This document shows, one piece after another, positions 9,816 through 21,500 of a stretch of 57,441 nucleotides of DNA. The position numbers and the translations under genes were made by a program. The notes under the pieces are model-generated. The model had not been told where the DNA came from and made no database searches. It worked only from the letters and a program-made list of their open reading frames with translations. Source of the DNA: a virus (Duplodnaviria > Caudoviricetes); the IMG/VR virus record IMGVR_UViG_3300020445_001222, positions 1 to 57,441 of that record; one strand, given 5' to 3'. The stretch's first letter is position 1. The number at the start of each line of letters is the position of its first letter.

Positions 9816-12800
9816 TATGCTAATGCAATTGCACGGAGGTCTTTAAATCTAGGTGCTCTTGCTTCATCAGAACCATTAGCAACAATCTTAATTTGATATC
9901 CTGTAAATTGGTCAACGTTATCAATACTAAATTGATATTCATTAAATTCATCCAAATTACTTGAAGCAATTATTGCATCTGCTCTTCCACTATTTTGGGA
10001 AACATTAATTACAGTATCCCCAAATCCATCATTATTAGTATCATTTAAGTTATCATATCCAGGGAATAGTAAGTATGTTTGTTCAACTTCGCTGGAATCT
10101 GCCTTAAACAACCTATACAATACTCTAAAGTCGGCAGTTGCATCTCTATATGATGCAACAAATACTTTGAGAGATGTTGCAGGTTGCTCAAGATTTACTT
10201 GATTGGAAATATAAACAAATGCATGTGGATCTCCAGTAAGTTGATTAGATCTAGAATCATTTACATAATCTGTAATTGGTTTATTTAAACGATTCCTTCC
10301 AAAGATCGCAAATGCAGTTTGAGTGTCAATTGCAGGAGATAAGTTCGTATCATCTGGATCTCTAGACATAGAGACTCCAACAGTTAGAGAACGATTCTTA
10401 GGTAATGCAGTCAATCTAGTTGTTTCATTTACTTGTGAGCAAACTATTCTTGTACTGGAAAGTTCATTTGCATCATTTATTTGAACTGCTTCAAAACCTT
10501 GATCTATGAAGGATGGTTCAGCACCACCTGCACTTGTTCCACTAACAGTTCTAACTGTTCCAGTAACACTAGATGATCTACCAGGTGTAATAATATCAAA
10601 TTGTGGTTGAATTGTATTGAATTGAATATTCCTTGATACTCTAATATCCTTTCCACCTACAGTAGATTCTTCTCTAAAGTTTAGAGTTCTCTCTCCACTT
10701 GATCTGCTAGTTCTATCGAATTCCACCTGATACTTATCAATATCTCTGTAATTCGTTAAACCACTAGACATATTATGTTCAGTGTTTATTCTTGTTAGAG
10801 AAACATCTCCAACTTCATACTTATAGACAGGATCATTTACAAGATGTTTTTGTATTGCAGTTCCATCTACACCACGAGTTGCAATTCCAAGTTGCCCACT
10901 TCCAATACTATCATAGTAAATGATTTCATTATTTACTTTCAAGTATCCTGATGCAGTTGTAATACCTTCAAATGTTGAATATGAAGTTGTATCTGCAAGA
11001 GATATTTGAGTATCTGTTATATCAAGATCAACTGAAAGAGTTGTAGGTACAGTATCTGGTGCTACCCCAGTTATATCAACTAAGTTATTATCTGCACTCA
11101 TACCATGATTATAATGCGTTAACTCAACAACATTACCACTATACAATCCACCAACAGCATCAGAACTTGTAATCTGAGTACTTGCTAATGATACGCCAGG
11201 TGTTTCATTTACATATATTTGTAAATTGCCACCAACAGTAAAGTTATCTCCTTGAACATTAGTTAAAAATAGGGTATCAACATCCATTGTATCCCTAATA
11301 GTCATTCTTGCTCCACTACCTTTACCACCGACATCAGCAGTTGTAATTCCAATCACATCTCCAGCAACCCAACCGTTTCCAGTTTGTAAACCTAATGTGT
11401 TTAATATAACTCCATCTAAGGATCCGTTAGCAGTAAATGTAACTGTTTGAGCAACTAAATTTCTTCCTCTACCCACAATTGGATATAGAGATACATTTCC
11501 ATAAGTTCCTGCTGAATAACCAAGACCAACATTTGAAGTTGTAATACCTGTAAAGGAAACTCCACCACCAACATTTTCAATATAACCATTTGCTAGAGAA
11601 GAACTTCCTTTTACTCGTGCACCTGGTACTAACTGATCCACAACTGAAGTTAATGTTGAACTAGTAATACCTACATCAATCTTTCTAGGATAGGTCTTAA
11701 CTGCATCTGGTTGTAGTCTAGGTACATTTTCATTTACACTCTCTAAAGCAGGATTATAGAAGAACGCTGTTCCAGATTCTGGAACAAAGTTTGCTTTATA
11801 AAGTTTGAATTTCATATCTTCAAACTGACTTGGAGTCCAGATAGTTCCGTTTTGGGACTTGAATAAACTACCACCAATATACTGTCTAGTTACCATTACT
11901 GCTTCAGCATCAGGTAAATTCTGTCCATTTACAGTTCTTTCTCCCATCTGAGCAATCCAGACTTCATAATTATTTGTTGTAGGTGCAAGAAGAACTATTG
12001 CATATTCCCTGTTCTGTTGTAAAAATACTGGAGATGGGAATTTAACGTTTGTTGCAACAGAAGCATCAGTAGATATTGTTATATCTGATGGATATAAAAC
12101 TGCTCTTGCATAATCATGAACTAATCTGTTTGTTGGAGTTCCAAGTTCAACTTCTCTAATCTCAACAAATAATTTTTCATTTTCATCCTTATGTGAGAAG
12201 AATAAATCTACAGATGTTAGGAATGCTCCTGTTTCATCTACAGTAAATGATTGTGCTAGAGGATCCTTTCCACCTCTCCTTCTTCTACGACGTTGACGTA
12301 CTGTTTGAACGACAGTATCTTCTCTAAATGTTTCAACTATTCCACTTGCAGAATATATTCCTTCTCCATGACTTATTATTAAACTACCAGGTAACTGTTC
12401 AGCATCAGATACACTAGTACTTACTCTAAATGTTCTGTCTCCTGTTTTAATTCTAATCGTAGGTGGTGGACTTGTATTAGGATCTCTAATAAAGAATGTT
12501 CCTATTAAGTCCCCAAAGGTATCAGCAACTAACCTTACATCTGTAATGGTCGCTGTAGCACCACTAGTTGCCCCTACAAGACTCATTCCTGTCGTTACAT
12601 ACCCAAAGTATGATCCTTGAGCATTAGCGGACAGAGAGCGAGTGTCAACGTTTAGTGTGGTTCCTGATGCAGAATATTGAGTAGAGAAAGATTCTGATGT
12701 ATTATATGGGTTTGCATTATAGGTTATAGTTGGATCATTATAAGGTCCATCTTTATGATCAGGTCGTGCTGTTCTAAATGTTATTAATTTTTCTGAACCA

Positions 12801-15800
12801 ACAAATCCTTCAACAGTTTCTCCTACATTAAATGTACCAGATGTCATTGAAACTTCAAGTACTTTAGGTACAACATCTATACCTGATATTCCATCCATAA
12901 ATGGATAGAATCTTGCAACAGGTCTTAAACCACCAGCTTGGAACTGAACGTTCCTGGAACGCATGAAAGTATCTGGTTCGCTACTAATTAAGACTTGATC
13001 AAGGAATGTTCTTGCAGTATTTCCTGTAATATTCCTAGTTCCGCCTGGTACAACTACAGTTCTTGTCCAATTATCAGAAGCTGGTGTTACAACAATTCTT
13101 CCAACAAATTCAACCATGTTAAATGGGTTAACATTTTCTGATCTAGATGCTAATGGTTGCTCTAACCAAGTTTTTTCGTCATATTTTAATGTTATTAGAT
13201 CTCCAGTCTTTTGAACATTACTATCAAGTAATTGCAAATCTTGACTTAAATCTGAACTTGTAGTATTAACATTAGTTGCAAAAGCAGGTTCTAATTCTAA
13301 TGAGTAAACATCAATAGGTGTAACTAATTCTTTATCTCCTGCATTTACAGCGACCTTAGTGTCAAAATTACCAAAGTTTATTCTACCACCATCAGCAAAA
13401 TCATCAACAAAGAATCCAGACTTAAATCTGTTTAATCCTTGAGCATCTTGAACTTGTAAAGTAGATGTACTTAACTCAAGTAAACTTAATGAAGTTACAG
13501 ATTCTAGTAAATCAATTCTATCTTCAAGAACACCAATATCTTTCATGGTGAATCTCTTGTTATCAATTACACTTATCTCAGCATCATCTGGATGGAAAAG
13601 ATATGGTGGGAATTTGATAACCGCAAGTGTCATCGAATCATTAACAATTGATGGTTCTTTTGGATTCCTAGCAGATGTTCCTTTAACGACGGATATATTA
13701 CCATCAATGTCTATAATAATTTTATCAATTCTTCCTAAGTAATATTCAACACCTAATATTGAACTTTCATTAGGTGCAGAAACTAACGTTGTATTTACAC
13801 TAGTTGATCCAAAAGTACGACTTGCAAAATCAAAAGGAGATTTATTAGGAGCAGCAGTACTGAAATCAGAAACTCTTGGTCTGAAATCAAGAATATCCGA
13901 TACTCTAGTTCCATCTGTTAATCTTGGTATATCTGTACTATATCTTTCTTCATCATAAGAATTAACAGTATAAAAATCTCCATTATCATTAGCAGGAACG
14001 ACATATCTATCGCAAATAACTAATAATTTCCTAGAAGGTGGAATGGATTGATTATTTCTTACTAATCTCGAATAATCATAATATTGCTCTTTTTGTCCAC
14101 CATCAAGTACGAATCTATCTGTGATATCAAGGTAACTTCCAACAGTAACTCTTTGTACAGAACTTTCAATACCCGAATCTTCAAAGATTACACTTTCTCC
14201 AAGTTGGAATTTATTGGCATTTAGTGAAACATATGAGATATCAGTTGCAGAATTAGCAACTACTATTTGCCCAACAGCATTACTAACTTTACCTATAACC
14301 TTTTCTCCTATTATTGCATTTACATCTAACCCTAAACCACTAACAAATGTGAGTTTGTCTAATACTGGTGCTTCTTTACCTAAAGATTCAAGTACTCTAT
14401 GAACTTTAACAACATCTGGAGTATTTAAAGATACTTCTCTATCTTCTACCCTTAAACCATAGTAGAAACTAGTAGTAAGACCAGTTATAGCAGTGCTAAC
14501 TCCAGTAACACATTTGTCAACAATAACCTGATGACTTCTATCATAATTCTTCTGCTTACTCCTTATACCTTGTCTCTTAATTGTAGTATTGATAGTTACA
14601 TCACTCTTACTAACCTCAAGACCAGCAAAATTAATTGTTGTTCCATTTGCACCAAAAGTAATTTGAGATGAACTTAATGGTTCAAATGTACCATCATCAT
14701 ATGCTACACTGTATGATTTACCCTCATATGGTTCAAAGAATGCACTTGTAAATCCTATATTACCCGTATTTAAACTTAAAGCACCGAGATTACTTGTAGA
14801 TTTACCTGTTTCTTGATGTACAATTGTAAGAGTTGAATCACTTAAATCTACAGAAGCAACACTTTCAGAGGATAATTTAGAATATAAGTAACCATCTTTT
14901 TGATTTTCAATACTTGGTTCTCCTACCGTAAATGTTGTTGTTACAGTATCAATACCAACAACGCCACCATCACAAACTCCAGTTACTGAAGATACACCAG
15001 TTAAAGTCAAAAACTGAAGATCATTTGAAACAGATACAACTCTTGCATATGTTTCTGTTGTAAATTGATCTCTTTGATAACGAATTATACTATTAGTAGA
15101 TATTCCACTGAAAGTTCTTCCTGCACAAGATGCAATTCCTGTTGGTGAAATTGTAATTTTATCAGTTTCTTTGAAATTTCTTGGACTAATATTTTTGAGA
15201 ATTGTATCTGCTGAGAAATCAGTAGTAATACCACCTACAGTTGCAGAAGCTTGATATACTGATTTAATATCTTTTACATTTTTTGATTCAACATCAACAA
15301 TAGTACGAACATATTCTGTACTTCCATTAATAGAAATTTGTTCTCCAACAATAAATTGTCCAGAAGTTTGTGTTAGTTGTATTCCTGTACTTCCTGATCC
15401 TGGTGAAGTAACAACATAACCTGTAGCACCACTACTTAAACCCTGTATGTAACTAGATGCAGGACAATATGCACTTGCAACCGTATTACCTAAAACTATT
15501 TTTGTATATGTTTGAACATCGAATAAGTATAGATCAAATGTAGATGATGCATTACTATATGAAGAATCTGCTAAAGCAAAGTTATATACTCTTGCTTGTC
15601 CTATAGTTTCTCCATCTGCACCAAGACTTTCATCTTTTCTATAACTCTGTAGTGTTACTACGTTATTATTATTGTTAATTCCAACAAATGGACTACCCTG
15701 AACATTATTAACTTTCAGCAAATTACCCATTTTAAAGGGTACAGATGCTCCAACAAGTGTTGTTGTATCTCTAGGTTTGTCTAAATCTAAAATTGTTGTT

Positions 15801-16906
15801 CCAGCAAAATCAACATCATAACCTCTAACGTATGCTGTTCCAGATGATACTCTGGCACAAACTAAATCATCGCTAGGATCATTAAGTTGTTCTGTTTTTT
15901 GATCTGATGTGTATATTCCGTTATTTGATACCTTATCATTTAAAGATTCTTCAAGATCAATAGTAAACTGATTTACTGTATAATCTCCAGATTCATCAAA
16001 AGTTCTCTTAGCAAAATAATCTTTAATTATAGAATAAGTTGTTTTATCCTGTAATTTCTTTATTTCTCCCCTATCAATTCTTACTAACTCTACAAAATTC
16101 TTATCGTCAAAGTCAGTTAATATTTTCTTTCCTAATTTAGCAGTTATCTTTAACCTATCTGCACCAGGTGCAGCAAAGTTAGAGAATCCTCTAGCATTAT
16201 CATATAAATCAGAATCATCCCCTGCAGAAATTAATTCTTCATTTACAACTAATCCAACTCTATAAGAAGAATCATTTTTATATGAATCTAATACAATAGT
16301 ATCTGTTTGAACACTTACAAATGTTCCACGAATGAAATATATTCCACTAGATACATGAACTGCAGCTGCAGTTGCTGTAGCATCTACATCAAGAACAGAA
16401 GCAAAACTATCTCCTGCACTAATTGTAGTATTACCATAAGTTACCGAATCTTCAGCAATTAGAGTTTCTCCATCTGAAAATGGGTTAAATTGGAAACTAT
16501 TGTCAGAATTGAGATATTTTACATAAATTGTTGGATATTCTATTCCATCAGTAGGTGGAAAAACAACTTTTTGAATAGTTCCTGTTACACCAGAAGTTGC
16601 TCCAGATATTCTCTTACCAACAAAATCATTCAAGTATATATTTAAATCTAATCCAAAATGCGTTGGATTGATCTTTACCGCCTCAAAAAATCTATCATAT
16701 GTAACCCCACCTGGAATTACCATAGATCCTTCTTTGAAAATATGGCTACCAAATGATTCAATCTGACCTTGCAGTATTGATTGTAAGGTCGTTAATTCTC
16801 TTGCCTGAATAGGATATCCTGGCTTGAAAAGGACTCGATAAAAATTATTATCCTTATCGAAGTCATCATAATACGGATTTATATTTAAATTAGTCTTTTG
16901 GGGCAT
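9815..16906 (-). CDS. Large virion structural protein, VrlC-like (DUF4815-type)
   Basis: MPQKTNLNINPYYDDF, PGYPIQARELTTLQSILQ, APGADRLKI, RTFDESGDY, DPLAQSF, GSLFKSQNG motifs. Confidence 0.9.
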   Translation of the reverse strand: MPQKTNLNINPYYDDFDKDNNFYRVLFKPGYPIQARELTTLQSILQGQIESFGSHIFKEGSMVIPGGVTYDRFFEAVKINPTHFGLDLNIYLNDFVGKRISGATSGVTGTIQKVVFPPTDGIEYPTIYVKYLNSDNSFQFNPFSDGETLIAEDSVTYGNTTISAGDSFASVLDVDATATAAAVHVSSGIYFIRGTFVSVQTDTIVLDSYKNDSSYRVGLVVNEELISAGDDSDLYDNARGFSNFAAPGADRLKITAKLGKKILTDFDDKNFVELVRIDRGEIKKLQDKTTYSIIKDYFAKRTFDESGDYTVNQFTIDLEESLNDKVSNNGIYTSDQKTEQLNDPSDDLVCARVSSGTAYVRGYDVDFAGTTILDLDKPRDTTTLVGASVPFKMGNLLKVNNVQGSPFVGINNNNNVVTLQSYRKDESLGADGETIGQARVYNFALADSSYSNASSTFDLYLFDVQTYTKIVLGNTVASAYCPASSYIQGLSSGATGYVVTSPGSGSTGIQLTQTSGQFIVGEQISINGSTEYVRTIVDVESKNVKDIKSVYQASATVGGITTDFSADTILKNISPRNFKETDKITISPTGIASCAGRTFSGISTNSIIRYQRDQFTTETYARVVSVSNDLQFLTLTGVSSVTGVCDGGVVGIDTVTTTFTVGEPSIENQKDGYLYSKLSSESVASVDLSDSTLTIVHQETGKSTSNLGALSLNTGNIGFTSAFFEPYEGKSYSVAYDDGTFEPLSSSQITFGANGTTINFAGLEVSKSDVTINTTIKRQGIRSKQKNYDRSHQVIVDKCVTGVSTAITGLTTSFYYGLRVEDREVSLNTPDVVKVHRVLESLGKEAPVLDKLTFVSGLGLDVNAIIGEKVIGKVSNAVGQIVVANSATDISYVSLNANKFQLGESVIFEDSGIESSVQRVTVGSYLDITDRFVLDGGQKEQYYDYSRLVRNNQSIPPSRKLLVICDRYVVPANDNGDFYTVNSYDEERYSTDIPRLTDGTRVSDILDFRPRVSDFSTAAPNKSPFDFASRTFGSTSVNTTLVSAPNESSILGVEYYLGRIDKIIIDIDGNISVVKGTSARNPKEPSIVNDSMTLAVIKFPPYLFHPDDAEISVIDNKRFTMKDIGVLEDRIDLLESVTSLSLLELSTSTLQVQDAQGLNRFKSGFFVDDFADGGRINFGNFDTKVAVNAGDKELVTPIDVYSLELEPAFATNVNTTSSDLSQDLQLLDSNVQKTGDLITLKYDEKTWLEQPLASRSENVNPFNMVEFVGRIVVTPASDNWTRTVVVPGGTRNITGNTARTFLDQVLISSEPDTFMRSRNVQFQAGGLRPVARFYPFMDGISGIDVVPKVLEVSMTSGTFNVGETVEGFVGSEKLITFRTARPDHKDGPYNDPTITYNANPYNTSESFSTQYSASGTTLNVDTRSLSANAQGSYFGYVTTGMSLVGATSGATATITDVRLVADTFGDLIGTFFIRDPNTSPPPTIRIKTGDRTFRVSTSVSDAEQLPGSLIISHGEGIYSASGIVETFREDTVVQTVRQRRRRRRGGKDPLAQSFTVDETGAFLTSVDLFFSHKDENEKLFVEIREVELGTPTNRLVHDYARAVLYPSDITISTDASVATNVKFPSPVFLQQNREYAIVLLAPTTNNYEVWIAQMGERTVNGQNLPDAEAVMVTRQYIGGSLFKSQNGTIWTPSQFEDMKFKLYKANFVPESGTAFFYNPALESVNENVPRLQPDAVKTYPRKIDVGITSSTLTSVVDQLVPGARVKGSSSLANGYIENVGGGVSFTGITTSNVGLGYSAGTYGNVSLYPIVGRGRNLVAQTVTFTANGSLDGVILNTLGLQTGNGWVAGDVIGITTADVGGKGSGARMTIRDTMDVDTLFLTNVQGDNFTVGGNLQIYVNETPGVSLASTQITSSDAVGGLYSGNVVELTHYNHGMSADNNLVDITGVAPDTVPTTLSVDLDITDTQISLADTTSYSTFEGITTASGYLKVNNEIIYYDSIGSGQLGIATRGVDGTAIQKHLVNDPVYKYEVGDVSLTRINTEHNMSSGLTNYRDIDKYQVEFDRTSRSSGERTLNFREESTVGGKDIRVSRNIQFNTIQPQFDIITPGRSSSVTGTVRTVSGTSAGGAEPSFIDQGFEAVQINDANELSSTRIVCSQVNETTRLTALPKNRSLTVGVSMSRDPDDTNLSPAIDTQTAFAIFGRNRLNKPITDYVNDSRSNQLTGDPHAFVYISNQVNLEQPATSLKVFVASYRDATADFRVLYRLFKADSSEVEQTYLLFPGYDNLNDTNNDGFGDTVINVSQNSGRADAIIASSNLDEFNEYQFSIDNVDQFTGYQIKIVANGSDEARAPRFKDLRAIALA

Positions 16907-16908
16907 CT

Positions 16909-18486
16909 CTAGAATTCCAGAATGATCTTAATGTCTTCTTTTTGCCTTGCGTCTCTAGTAACTAATGGTCTATTATCCAAGTATATTAGATCGCCAGATG
17001 TTTTATTTATCTCAGGTTCGGCAAGTCCCTTTGTAAATTGAATCCCAAGGTTGATATTTTTATTACCAGTAGGGTTAGTGGTAATACCAGTAAATCCATT
17101 ATCTATTTTTCCAGAGAACCCATTACTCGTTTTAATTTGTGGACCATCTGAATCAAAATCATATCTCCTACCCTCACTACTTACACCAACATAATCTTGT
17201 TGATTATATTCTGTTGGGTGATAATTTTGGGATCTATCTTGGAAAAACTTAAGGACTTTTGTTTTTTCATCATATGATGCAACATATCCTCCAGCAGTAA
17301 CATCTTTACCATCTACTGTGATACTTTGAGTTATCTTATTACCAACAGTTAAGAAATTTTCTCCTGATATTGTTCCATCATCTAATAATTTAATAGCATT
17401 TGTACCACTAAATTGATTATCATTGAAAATATTAGTAGAACTTCCCCTTAAAGGATTCTTAACTACTGCAATTTGTGCAAATTTGGTATCTGTTGGGAAA
17501 TCCTTATCAGAATCATCAAATCTTGCATATAATAAAACTCTGTCAGTTCCTAATTCCTTATAAAGATCATGCCCATGTCCTTTGGATGGGGGAATGATTG
17601 GAATTAATTTAGCAGGATTAGGTATACTGCCAGTTGGTTGCCTTGTTCCCAAATCAACCATTGCATAAGTATATCCCTTACCACCAGATGAAATAACAGC
17701 ATCTGTTATTCTACCAAGACTATCGACAGTTATTACTGCTTTAGCACCTGTACCATCTCCAACAATAGGAACTTCTCCACCAGAATAACCAGCACCAGGA
17801 TCTTCAATAAAGATGTTTTTTATCTGATTTTCATTTGAATCCGAATTACCATTCTCTCTAACTGCTTGAATTTGAGAGTCGGTTGATGTTGCCCAATCAT
17901 TAGGAACAGAAATATACTCTGTAGAATCAAATTTGATTATATCGCTTGGTGCAACAGTAAACAGATATTTCCAAACATATCCATCTCCACTCTCTCCTGC
18001 TTTAGATGGTTCTAAATCAGTGAAAAATGGTTCATCTTCTGAACCTTTACCAGTTGTATTGATACCAGAAGAACCATTGTTAATACAAACATAGACTCTG
18101 AAATCAGTATTCATTACATAATATCTTGCATCATATAGTCTTGATGAAGAAGTTTCTGGAGATTTATTATCAGGACCATAATCATGCCTGAATATTTCAT
18201 ACGTGGTTCCACGTTTCCAGTCAACTCTTCTTATTAATCTTCTAATATTAGAAGTACCTAATTTTTTACCAAATAGAATAGTATCTTGTGCATGATTAAT
18301 ATAATTAAAATTATCTGTGGGATCAGGCGTTGCAGTATCCCAATTATCAACTCTACCAAATCCAACTGCAGCAGCTGGATTTGCTAAACCCACGGTAATA
18401 TAATACGAGTTACTGGTATTACCTACCGACTCAATAAAATTGTTCGCGTTTAATATTCTAAATTGGTCAGTAATTATTGCCGACAT
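16909..18486 (-). CDS. gp8: Baseplate wedge subunit
   Basis: MSAIITDQFRI, YYVMNTDFRVYVC, DGYVWKYLF, QKEDIKIILEF; synteny. Confidence 0.92.
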   Translation of the reverse strand: MSAIITDQFRILNANNFIESVGNTSNSYYITVGLANPAAAVGFGRVDNWDTATPDPTDNFNYINHAQDTILFGKKLGTSNIRRLIRRVDWKRGTTYEIFRHDYGPDNKSPETSSSRLYDARYYVMNTDFRVYVCINNGSSGINTTGKGSEDEPFFTDLEPSKAGESGDGYVWKYLFTVAPSDIIKFDSTEYISVPNDWATSTDSQIQAVRENGNSDSNENQIKNIFIEDPGAGYSGGEVPIVGDGTGAKAVITVDSLGRITDAVISSGGKGYTYAMVDLGTRQPTGSIPNPAKLIPIIPPSKGHGHDLYKELGTDRVLLYARFDDSDKDFPTDTKFAQIAVVKNPLRGSSTNIFNDNQFSGTNAIKLLDDGTISGENFLTVGNKITQSITVDGKDVTAGGYVASYDEKTKVLKFFQDRSQNYHPTEYNQQDYVGVSSEGRRYDFDSDGPQIKTSNGFSGKIDNGFTGITTNPTGNKNINLGIQFTKGLAEPEINKTSGDLIYLDNRPLVTRDARQKEDIKIILEF

Positions 18487-18505
18487 TGTTTGACAGTTTT
18501 CTTTC

Positions 18506-18513
18506 TATTTATT
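18506..18513 (-). promoter_or_regulatory. Probable late promoter (AATAAATA)
   Basis: ATAAATA in the gp7-gp8 gap. Confidence 0.6.
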
Positions 18514-18516
18514 ACA

Positions 18517-21500
18517 TTAATCTGGGAGAGTTTTTCTGATCGCTCCATTATCCCTCAAACCGTAACCTCTTCTTTGAATTAGAGGGTATGTTGAAAGACC
18601 TGCAGTAACAGTTCTACCAGAGATTCCTATTGCAATTGGTTCAGAATTTCTTACAAGATTAGTAAGTCTTCCCCAAGAATAGTATCCGTTAGGATTATAT
18701 ATCGAAGTTCCAAGTGTCTGTATTCCAGTTGTTACTGTATCAGACTTAATATTGCACACAATTTCATTTGCAACAGGGATTTGATGAACCCGATAAACGT
18801 TATCAGCAAATTCTGTTCCTACTCCGATAATATCATTATCATGAGTGTAAATTGAGGTAACACCACTTCCAACTGCGGTATCGGTAACAACAATATGATA
18901 ACCAACCTGTAAATCAAGAGTGTTGTTAGTAAAGAACTTGATTGCTAAATCAGTTCCAATACCAGCAACTGTTGAAATACCAGTTATTATTCCAGTGTTA
19001 CCTTGGACAGATTGAATGTTTGTTACTTCCTCTTTTATTAACCTTGGTTGAGGTATGATTATTTGAGGAGGAACAGGTGTATTAAGTGAATTAGTGTATC
19101 CAAGACCTACATTAGTAACACTTATTGATGCAACTGATCCATTTGTGATGGTAGCAGTTCCTATTGCTGTTGTACCAATACCAACTCCAATGAATTTAGG
19201 AGCAGAGAATTTAATATCAACAGTTGCTGTTGTGTATCCAGAACCCACATTGGTTATATCAATTGTTGATGTATCAACCCTTCCGAGAGCATCAACTCCT
19301 ACAGTTGCAGCAGCAGAAACGATATTAATATCATCCAATACAACAGCATCAACATATGCGGTTACTACACTAGACTCATTTTCTTCATAATTGAAGAATT
19401 GTCCATTATCAACAAGTATGTCAGTATCTCCAACATTAACATCTCTGATAATTCTTGAAGTTGGGAATACCATTCCCTCAATAGAATCTCTTGCTTTAGA
19501 AACTAACCTTCCATTTATAAAGATATCTCTCTTTTGCTTAGTCCAATTAACATTTCTATCATTGAACTCATCAATACCAACATCGCTGTAAATATTAGTT
19601 TCAATTTTATCTGATGATGATACATCATAAATTGTTCTGCCTTCTGATTGATTTACAGAAGTGTCAATACCAGCTGCTTTTCTAACTGATAGAATATCTC
19701 CAACCTTTACTGTTTCTGGAACATCAGTTTCTACACTATCAATCAATCTTGTTCCATTATAGAAGAATATAGAAACATGATCTTCTGGTTTAGGTGCTTC
19801 AATGAATTGTACTGATGATCCACCATCAAAAATGTATGCTTTCTTAGGTTCTTGTAAAATACCATTTATGAATATTAATAATACCGCATCAATATCAATC
19901 AATGTTGAATCGTTATCAGTGGCATCTTTTTGGAAACTAACCAATTCAGCATTATAGAACAGTGGGAATACTGATCTAACTCCATCTTGAAGAGTGCTAA
20001 TAGGATCAATAAAGTCTAATTGTCCAAACTGCCAAGAAGCAAATCTGTCAGAGAATACATCAACAACTTCCAATTCAAATGGTTTTATTGGTTTTTTCAA
20101 TCCTTTTGCTGTTACCAATCCAACGGGTGCAAATACATCTCCAAGTTGGAATGAATATCCTGCACCTTTAACTGAGAAATCAGAAACTTCAAAGAACTTA
20201 GCAGGAGCAAATGATTTTTTAGATGTTACTGTACCAAAACCAATAGCACTAGTAACAATACCAATAAATGAATTTACTGAAGACCTTACATTTGCACATC
20301 CATTAGCATCTGTATTGAATCCAACAACAGGATCTGCTGTAATTGTTAGATCAAAGACTTGATCTCTTGTTGTGTAATCGGACTTAGCAATTGCTACGTT
20401 GTTAATAACTTTATTTGCTAAATCGCGAGCAGCATGGAATACAAAGATTGATTCTTGTTCTTCTCCAGCAACATGTGCTCCAGTAATATAAAGATTAGCA
20501 GCATCCCATGTTTCATCGTTACCACCAAATCTTAAGTTAAATGAAACTGATTCAAGAACATCAATAACATCATCCTTACAATTTTGACTTCCACCAGCAA
20601 CAGTGAATGATGGATATACATCCAACATCTCTCCAACAGAAACATCAGCAATAAATTCTTTGTTTGCTTCTATTAAATCTGCAGCATCTGCAAATCTGTT
20701 TCCAAATATTGGATTAGTATTAGATCCTACTTTAAGATTAATTAATTCGTTTATACCAGTTTCGCTTGTTTGTCCTATACCTCTTCTTGATACACCTGTG
20801 ATATCCAAGTCTGTATATGTTGGTTCATCAACCAATACATCTGGATTAACATACCCAGTACCACCATCTACAATAGTAAACTTAAGTTGTCCACCTGTTC
20901 CATTTACAGATGTTCCTGCGTTAATTGTAATTGTATCAGTTGTTGTTGCACCTATACCTAAAACTGCACCATATATTGGATCCGATGCTCTTGGGTATGC
21001 ATGGAATGATCCATGATTATCTTGAGCACAAGTAAAGGTTAAACTTCTTGTGTGTATACCAACTGAACCACCTGGATCATCAGTTCTAATATTAGCAAGT
21101 TCTGCCCTAACAAAAGTATGTGTAGATGTGTCTGAAGATTCACCTACGAATACAGTAAATGAGTCTGCATCAACTTTAGTTATTGCTAACCATTTAGCAC
21201 TAGAAGGATCATCTTCTCTTGGATAATAATGTTCGGTTAAATTATTATCTTTCGCACATTTAAATGTAAATGATTCATTTGCAAGTTGAACTCTTTCACC
21301 AGTTACCATACCATGATTAGTGGTGGTATTTACTGTCAATAAACCCGTAGATGGGTTATAAGACGCAGTATTGGTTGTTAATATACCTGCAGCTATAAAT
21401 CCATGACCAGCACCAACATTCAATACAAGATCGCCTGTGGATGGTTCGTAAGATGCTGTGGATATTGATACACTAGAATTTAAACTTCTTCCAACATTAA

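Noticed and set aside
12270-12302. Poly-Arg run (RQRRRRRRGG) in the VrlC-like protein
   Set aside because: Short low-complexity linker before DPLAQSF; nothing supports a separate function
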